IMG/VR virus record: IMGVR_UViG_3300048886_000348
Span: 1-32,610 of that record
DNA length: 32,610 nucleotides
Strand: one strand, 5' to 3'
Source: a virus
Lineage: Duplodnaviria; Caudoviricetes
The notes under the pieces are model-generated. The model was not told the origin of the DNA and ran no database searches. It saw only the letters and a program-made list of their open reading frames with translations. This document shows positions 27,476 through 32,610 of the stretch, in pieces (position 1 is the stretch's first letter; each line of letters begins with the position of its first letter). A program made the translations under genes and the position numbers.

Positions 27476-27513
27476 GATATACCCATTATACACGATAACA
27501 GGTATATCGTAAA
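27476..27513 (-). promoter_or_regulatory. Sigma70 promoter (TTTACG-17-TATAAT) with overlapping inverted repeat GATATACC/GGTATATC
   Basis: -10 at 27485-27490; repeat arms 27476-27483 and 27501-27508. Confidence 0.55.
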
Positions 27514-27521
27514 GATGGTTT

Positions 27522-27938
27522 TTAAGAAATTTTAAAACTAACTGGTTTGTCCTCTTCGGGTATAACCCTAGTCAATGCAACCGTTAAAATACCGTTTGTA
27601 TACTTAACCTTACCAACTTCTACATCATCTGAAAGAGTAAATCTTCGAGTAAATGCTCTTGCAGCTAGTCCTTTATGGACAAACTCCTTGTCAGACTCAT
27701 CTGAGTTACCTTCTATAATGAGATTTTCTTTCTCTTTTGAGACCGAAATATCTTTCTTATCAAAGCCTGCGACTGCAAGTTCAATAGAGAAATTTTCATC
27801 GTCTTCTTTAACGATGTTATAAGGTGGATATGTAACGGAAGGATGCGTTGTTGCAGCTCTTTCCAGTAATTGAAAGGTTCTGTCGAACCCTATTGCGAAT
27901 GGGAATGTTCTCCCATAAATGTCATCGAATAATGTCAT
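27522..27938 (-). CDS. hsp20: Small heat-shock protein Hsp20 (IbpA-like)
   Basis: IGFDR, YPPYNI, IELAVAGF, HKGLAARAF.R.F.L, NGIL, IPEE; AAGGAG SD before ATG at 27938. Confidence 0.95.
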   Translation of the reverse strand: MTLFDDIYGRTFPFAIGFDRTFQLLERAATTHPSVTYPPYNIVKEDDENFSIELAVAGFDKKDISVSKEKENLIIEGNSDESDKEFVHKGLAARAFTRRFTLSDDVEVGKVKYTNGILTVALTRVIPEEDKPVSFKIS

Positions 27939-28004
27939 TTTTAACTCCTTTGCTATTAAGCAAGTTATTTTATTAAGTAGACCCATAATTGGCATCTACC
28001 ATAG

Positions 28005-28012
28005 TATTTATA
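28005..28012 (-). promoter_or_regulatory. T4 late promoter TATAAATA upstream of hsp20
   Basis: Exact consensus; a TATAAT also lies at 28027-28032. Confidence 0.7.
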
Positions 28013-28051
28013 ATACTATACTACCTATTATACAGATTTTTTTGAAATTGG

Positions 28052-28591
28052 CTAGGTGGTTTCTAAATGTGAGTAATCACGATCCCATGGAATACCTTTA
28101 TGTGAGAATTGGCCTTTCTTCATTCTTACATTAAAGGCATAACGAACACCCTCAGTCACCTCTGAAACTCCATGTTCTTCACCATATTGGTAAATTAGAG
28201 CATCACCCTGTTCTATACGATGTTCTTCACCATCAACAGTGGGAATACCACCTTTAAATTCATCCGTAGGATTCATTTGAATAATAAGACTATGATCTGT
28301 TTCACTACCATCCCAAGCTTGATCTATATGAGGTTCTATAAAACAGCCTGGCGTGTATTTTAACACTCTAAACAAAATTGGTTCGTATGCCCAAGCAAAG
28401 GAATACATATCTTCTAATAATTTAGTCCAAACAAAACCCATTTCGTGGATAGTAAAACTACTTAAAATAAAATGACCTAGATCACTTGGATAGTGTCGAT
28501 CTTCACCGAAATAATGATTGTCAGCATTTCGGTAAACAGTATATATTCTGCTAGTCAACTCAGGTGTGACTGCTTTAGGGAACAGTTCCAT
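28052..28591 (-). CDS. 2OG-Fe(II) oxygenase
   Basis: LKY..G....PHID, FKGG, HGV..V..G.RY (HxD...H...R). Confidence 0.88.
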   Translation of the reverse strand: MELFPKAVTPELTSRIYTVYRNADNHYFGEDRHYPSDLGHFILSSFTIHEMGFVWTKLLEDMYSFAWAYEPILFRVLKYTPGCFIEPHIDQAWDGSETDHSLIIQMNPTDEFKGGIPTVDGEEHRIEQGDALIYQYGEEHGVSEVTEGVRYAFNVRMKKGQFSHKGIPWDRDYSHLETT

Positions 28592-28612
28592 AATAATATT
28601 TAGGAAGGAAAA

Positions 28613-28702
28613 TTAGGTGTAAAAAATCATAGCGAACAGTATTGCACCGCCTATTACATAGACAAGTGTAGATATAACCCAAACAGGTATTTTATTCCAC
28701 AT
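28613..28702 (-). CDS. Putative 29-aa membrane peptide (not in ORF track)
   Basis: Manual translation MWNKIPVWVISTLVYVIGGAILFAMIFYT; overlaps the upstream stop and fills the gap. Confidence 0.45.
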   Translation of the reverse strand: MWNKIPVWVISTLVYVIGGAILFAMIFYT

Positions 28703-29156
28703 CGTTCAGTGGGTTTTCTAAGATAGTCTCAATCTTCTCTTCTAAATCCGATTTATTATCTCTAATGTCAGCTTCCATTTCACGAAATCTCTTTTGCATT
28801 TCTCGTTCCATTTGGTAAACATCATTTCGGATTTCTCTTTGAGTAGTTGCAGAACTTGTTTCAACTGATCTTGCAAGTCTAACAGCTTCAGTAATATCTT
28901 CTGCAAGGTCTTCCTTGATTACTGTAGTTAACTCTTGAAGGTTCTTTAATTCAAGCGTTGAGGTCTCTCTGAATAATTCCACTTGTTGTGTAATTTCCTC
29001 AGGGTCTAACGCCATCAGTTTTTCCTCTGCATCTAGAAGACGACTATAGAGTTCAAAACCACCCCATAGGCCACCAATTAGTGTTCCTAATACTGGGAGT
29101 ATAAGTAGTAATTTAGAACCACTTGCTTTAACTCCTGCTACTTCTATTTCTGCCAT
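28692..29156 (-). CDS. Membrane-anchored coiled-coil protein
   Basis: LLLILPVLGTLIGGLWGGFELY TM, heptad-rich tail, GGAG SD. Confidence 0.75.
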   Translation of the reverse strand: MAEIEVAGVKASGSKLLLILPVLGTLIGGLWGGFELYSRLLDAEEKLMALDPEEITQQVELFRETSTLELKNLQELTTVIKEDLAEDITEAVRLARSVETSSATTQREIRNDVYQMEREMQKRFREMEADIRDNKSDLEEKIETILENPLNDVE

Positions 29157-29316
29157 TTTTTTCTCCTAATTTTGCATGGTATTCTCTCGATACCAAATTT
29201 GCTTCTTCCTCACTCATTTTATAATATTCTATTAAAACTGAAATGATGTGTGAGGGTATCATCTCTTGTTCTATTAATAATGTCCGATATAACTGTTCGG
29301 GTTCGTCAGTGTCCAT
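29128..29316 (-). CDS. Small hypothetical protein
   Basis: 62-aa ORF with GGAG SD. Confidence 0.55.
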   Translation of the reverse strand: MDTDEPEQLYRTLLIEQEMIPSHIISVLIEYYKMSEEEANLVSREYHAKLGEKNGRNRSSRS

Positions 29317-29322
29317 ATACTC

Positions 29323-32300
29323 CTATTCGTATTGGCTCCTAATCATCTCTTGCAGTTTAACTTGGGTTTTCCCTGCCATCATATAAAAACTCATTTTGTT
29401 ATCATCTATCTTTTTATCTTTATACATTGATTTGGTCATATACCAATCATCATTATCTGCGATCTGTGTTTGATCTGTATATTGGGAGAACCCAGCACTA
29501 TAACCTAAGTATGCAACAGTTGCTGTTTGGTCTGAGTCAAATCCACCCGATTCTTGGACTTGTTCAAATTGTTCTTGTAAGTTTGCTTCAGTCTGAGCTG
29601 CACCCACTCTCTCTGCTAATGATTCTACTGCTGATGTTGTTCTTTGTTCTGATTGTGTTTGTGGTGCAACTTCAAACTTGGCAAAACTTGGTGTTGTATT
29701 ACTTAAAAACTGACCAATGGATTGTCCAGCACCCAACGCATCATCAAAAGATGTTTCAAATTGAACACTAGCTGTTCCAAATGAAGACCCATCATCAAAT
29801 GTTAATTCTACTTGTGCAGAAGTGTCTTCTGCTTGTTGTTCTGCAACTTCAAATGCAGATACGACTGGGCCAGATTCAACCACCTGTGCAACATCTATTT
29901 GTGTTTGACCTGTTTGTTGTTCTACTTGTTGTGCAACATAAGTGTCACCTGTAGCTTGAGTGGCCATTTCCTGTGAAGAACTACTTGATGCAAAACTTTG
30001 TCCACCACTGCTACCACCACCACTTGATCCACCACTACCACTACTTCCATAAGAAACACTACCTGATCCCATTGATGAACCACTTGATGATCCACCACTA
30101 CCACCACCACCTGATGATACAGATGATGATCCATCATCTATTTGGGAACTAACAACATCTGCAACTGTTTGTGATACTTCTGCACTACCACCAAAATCTA
30201 TTGCAGAAACTACTGCTTGTGATGGTGAATCCTGTTGTGATACTGCCTGTTTTATCTCTTGTTGTTGTTGTTCTTGTGCGGCAATCATAACTTTGACACT
30301 TGTGACACTCCTTCTCTTCGATTTGTCGCGACTTGGATTCCTACTTCTCGGAGTAGCGTTTTGCTCTTGTGTTTCTTCTACCTCATCTGCAACTTCTGAT
30401 TCTTCCTCAAAAAGTTCGTCTTCACTCTCGTCTTCAAAGAATAGTTCTTCTAATTCCTCTTCATTGATTAATTCCTCAAATGCTTCATCTTCTATTTCTA
30501 AAAATTCTTCCTCTAATTCTTCATAAGCCTCTTCAAATTCTTCATAGACTTCCTCTTCTTGGGTTTCCATTGCTTCTCTTTCATAATCTTCTAATACTTC
30601 CTCATAAACTTCTAATACTTCATCTGTTGACCAGTCCTCTTCTACAAATATTTCAACACCAATAACCTCTTCTAGTATATAAATGTCATCTGCAGTTGCA
30701 ACCAAAATTTCTTCGAATGAGGTTTCTTCCCAAAAAGTTTCTTCAACAAATCCTTCTTCACTAAAAGATACCTCTTCACCCCACCATTCATCAACTTGTT
30801 CTTGACCAAAAGTTTCTACTTCATATTCATACCAATCTGCATCAGTTTCCATGTTTGCAAAAGTTTCTTCAAAATACTCTACAGCTTCTTCTGTAAACAT
30901 TTCAGCATATTCTTCTTCTGTTGCTAGTTGTTCTAGATATTCCAATTCTTCTTGATATTGTTCCTGTTCTAAATCATATTGATCCATACCCTCATCAATA
31001 GCAGTCCAAAATTCCTCTTCTGAATATTCCGTATAATCGATATAACCTTCCTCAGAAAATTCTACCTCTGCTCCATACCACTCATCAACCTGTTCTTGAC
31101 CAAATTGTTCTATGTCTAGTGCATACCAATCTGCATCTGTAAAGTTTTCACAAGCGTTTTCAAAACAAGGATCATTAGGGTCTAAGTATTCGTCATATTC
31201 TTCGTCATACCACATATCCTCTTCTGCATAAGCATTACCATATTCATCATAGCCATATTCAGAGTCTTCATTTCCGTATTCATCGTATCCATCATCACTT
31301 CCATCATATCCATACATATCATCATTAGTTCCATAGATCGCATCATATAATGCTTCTTCCTGAGCTAATGCACTTGCATATCCATCACATGAACTAGAAA
31401 AGAATACATCTACATCACATTCGTATAAAAACAGTGCAACTGCATAACCAGTGCAACTTGTTGAATACAATGTATTCTGACCACATTGATAAGCTAAGTA
31501 AGCTGCATCATATCCTGTGCAGTCCTCTGAATACAATGTATTAATTCCACATTGTTGTGCTAAGTAAGCTGCGGCATAACCATCACATGCCGAATTGTAT
31601 AATGTATCCAATGCACATTGTTGTGCTAAGTAGGCAGCTGCATAACCCGAACAGTTACTAGAATATAAAGCATTAAGTTCACACATTTGTGTCTCTGTTC
31701 CACCGAATAGAGAACCACCATTTTCTAGATCAGGCCATCCTGAGTTTGCTAAGTAAGCATCTAATGTATTGTAACCACTTTGATTATCATTATAATATAA
31801 GTATGTTCTAGTATCTGCTGGAGTAGTAGAGTGTTTTCCTTGTTCACCGATAAGAACATCATGTTGAATAATGTCTAATTCTCTGTATCTGTATTCAAAA
31901 GAATTATTCTCATATAATATTGCTTCAAAACTATTACTTGAATTTCTTTTATATTCCCTCATGTAATACCAACCAAAAACAACATAATCACCAAAGTCTT
32001 TAAATAACATCTTGGAGGCGTGTTGCCCATCTGTCTGGCTTGCATTACCTCTGATTAAATCAGTCCAAAAAGGATATAAGGTATAATCTCTGTAGGGTAA
32101 GGATTGTGGTGTATAGTCCTGACAGTTAGATGAACTGCCACCAGATGATCCGCTTCTAAGGTTTACACAACCGTTGGTTGACATTTTAGCGTGAGACCAA
32201 GTTTGGCCCCATCTATCCCATTCCATACCAAGGGATACATCTGCTGACCAGCTATCATCACTTGAATTAAGATTGTAAGATGTGGCTATATGATTACCAT

Positions 32301-32442
32301 AAAGGTCTACAAGGTCTTGACCACCTTCGTAAATGTAGACTCCACTATTATAACAGTCCTGACTGTTACTGCAATTAGTGTTATTGTCTGCTACTGCATT
32401 AGTGGTGAATAACAGTCCTAATAATAAAAGAAGTTTTTTCAT
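29323..32442 (-). CDS. Large secreted acidic protein: signal peptide, NIDO-like domain, Cys repeats, D/E-rich region, G/S linker
   Basis: MKKLLLLLGLLFTTNAVA signal; STNGCV, YPFWTDL, NSFEAILY..NSFEYRY nidogen-like motifs; TAATG overlap fixes the start. Confidence 0.75.
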   Translation of the reverse strand: MKKLLLLLGLLFTTNAVADNNTNCSNSQDCYNSGVYIYEGGQDLVDLYGNHIATSYNLNSSDDSWSADVSLGMEWDRWGQTWSHAKMSTNGCVNLRSGSSGGSSSNCQDYTPQSLPYRDYTLYPFWTDLIRGNASQTDGQHASKMLFKDFGDYVVFGWYYMREYKRNSSNSFEAILYENNSFEYRYRELDIIQHDVLIGEQGKHSTTPADTRTYLYYNDNQSGYNTLDAYLANSGWPDLENGGSLFGGTETQMCELNALYSSNCSGYAAAYLAQQCALDTLYNSACDGYAAAYLAQQCGINTLYSEDCTGYDAAYLAYQCGQNTLYSTSCTGYAVALFLYECDVDVFFSSSCDGYASALAQEEALYDAIYGTNDDMYGYDGSDDGYDEYGNEDSEYGYDEYGNAYAEEDMWYDEEYDEYLDPNDPCFENACENFTDADWYALDIEQFGQEQVDEWYGAEVEFSEEGYIDYTEYSEEEFWTAIDEGMDQYDLEQEQYQEELEYLEQLATEEEYAEMFTEEAVEYFEETFANMETDADWYEYEVETFGQEQVDEWWGEEVSFSEEGFVEETFWEETSFEEILVATADDIYILEEVIGVEIFVEEDWSTDEVLEVYEEVLEDYEREAMETQEEEVYEEFEEAYEELEEEFLEIEDEAFEELINEEELEELFFEDESEDELFEEESEVADEVEETQEQNATPRSRNPSRDKSKRRSVTSVKVMIAAQEQQQQEIKQAVSQQDSPSQAVVSAIDFGGSAEVSQTVADVVSSQIDDGSSSVSSGGGGSGGSSSGSSMGSGSVSYGSSGSGGSSGGGSSGGQSFASSSSSQEMATQATGDTYVAQQVEQQTGQTQIDVAQVVESGPVVSAFEVAEQQAEDTSAQVELTFDDGSSFGTASVQFETSFDDALGAGQSIGQFLSNTTPSFAKFEVAPQTQSEQRTTSAVESLAERVGAAQTEANLQEQFEQVQESGGFDSDQTATVAYLGYSAGFSQYTDQTQIADNDDWYMTKSMYKDKKIDDNKMSFYMMAGKTQVKLQEMIRSQYE
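31354..31683 (-). repeat. Five tandem 66-nt (22-aa) Cys repeats, C-x9-C-xGY-AAAYLAQQ
   Basis: CELNALYSSNCSGYAAAYLAQQ / CALDTLYNSACDGYAAAYLAQQ / CGINTLYSEDCTGYDAAYLAYQ / CGQNTLYSTSCTGYAVALFLYE / CDVDVFFSSSCDGYASALAQEE. Confidence 0.9.
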
Positions 32443-32610
32443 TAGGTTTGTAGAGCATCCCACTCATTCCTACAAGTGGCGGATGATTTTCTGATGCCTT
32501 TCTTTGCTCTTTTATTACCCGATGCTTTTGCAGATTCCTCTGTATGTTTTGAACCAACACATTGATCCATAAATGTGTTATAAGGTTCTTGTTCAGCTTC
32601 TTTTAACTGT
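32442..32610 (-). CDS. 3' end of an upstream hypothetical gene (partial)
   Basis: Open frame ...YNTFMDQCVGSKH...KSSATCRNEWDALQT* whose TAA overlaps the next ATG. Confidence 0.6.
   Translation of the reverse strand, partial: QLKEAEQEPYNTFMDQCVGSKHTEESAKASGNKRAKKGIRKSSATCRNEWDALQT

Noticed and set aside
27448-27521. Possible preQ1 riboswitch upstream of queD
   Set aside because: No recognisable preQ1-I stem-loop with A-rich tail; region explained by promoter elements
30000-30135. (CCA)n-rich low-complexity tract
   Set aside because: Encodes the Gly/Ser linker of the large secreted protein
2909-30137. Nested minus-strand ORFs 2909..3091, 12964..13176 and 29922..30137
   Set aside because: Out-of-frame within larger genes, no supporting signals
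1048-30665. All plus-strand ORFs in the track (e.g. 19404..19913, 5396..5656, 6066..6401, 25013..25345)
   Set aside because: Antisense shadows of well-supported minus-strand genes; Ser/Phe/Ile-rich with no motifs or initiation signals
31354-31683. Tandem repeats as a possible CRISPR array
   Set aside because: In-frame degenerate coding repeats with no invariant repeat/unique spacer structure
8200-32463. Longest-ORF starts at 10293, 16084, 22012, 22885, 24613, 26199, 27995 and 32463
   Set aside because: They create long overlaps or lack signals; downstream ATGs have SD, promoter or stop-start coupling
1-32610. Stop-codon reassignment
   Set aside because: Core genes are full length under the standard code and end in TAA, TAG and TGA

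Overview
AT-rich segment of a T4-like (Tevenvirinae/Kyanoviridae-like, probably marine) phage genome, with every credible gene on the minus strand. In transcription order (right to left): a large secreted acidic protein (NIDO-like domain, Cys repeats) and small membrane proteins; a 2OG-Fe(II) oxygenase; Hsp20; a 7-deazaguanine cluster (queD, queE, SAM methyltransferase, folE, TGT/DpdA-like protein, phosphoribosyltransferase; no queC/queF in the window); lysozyme; DNA polymerase gp43; SNase nuclease; UvsX; helicase gp41; a bacterial-type lipoprotein; a ligase-like nucleotidyltransferase followed by an HxGH nucleotidyltransferase/P-loop kinase fusion; a block of probable virion-internal proteins with T4-like capsid-targeting N-termini and repeated (L/I/V)-x-E protease-like junctions (candidate packaged polyproteins); tRNA-Thr(UGU); primase gp61; and the 5' end of nrdA. 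Main leads: an unusual deazaguanine pathway, modular polyproteins/enzyme cargo, and systematic leaderless promoter-ATG spacing. All calls come from motif recognition by eye; no database searches were run.
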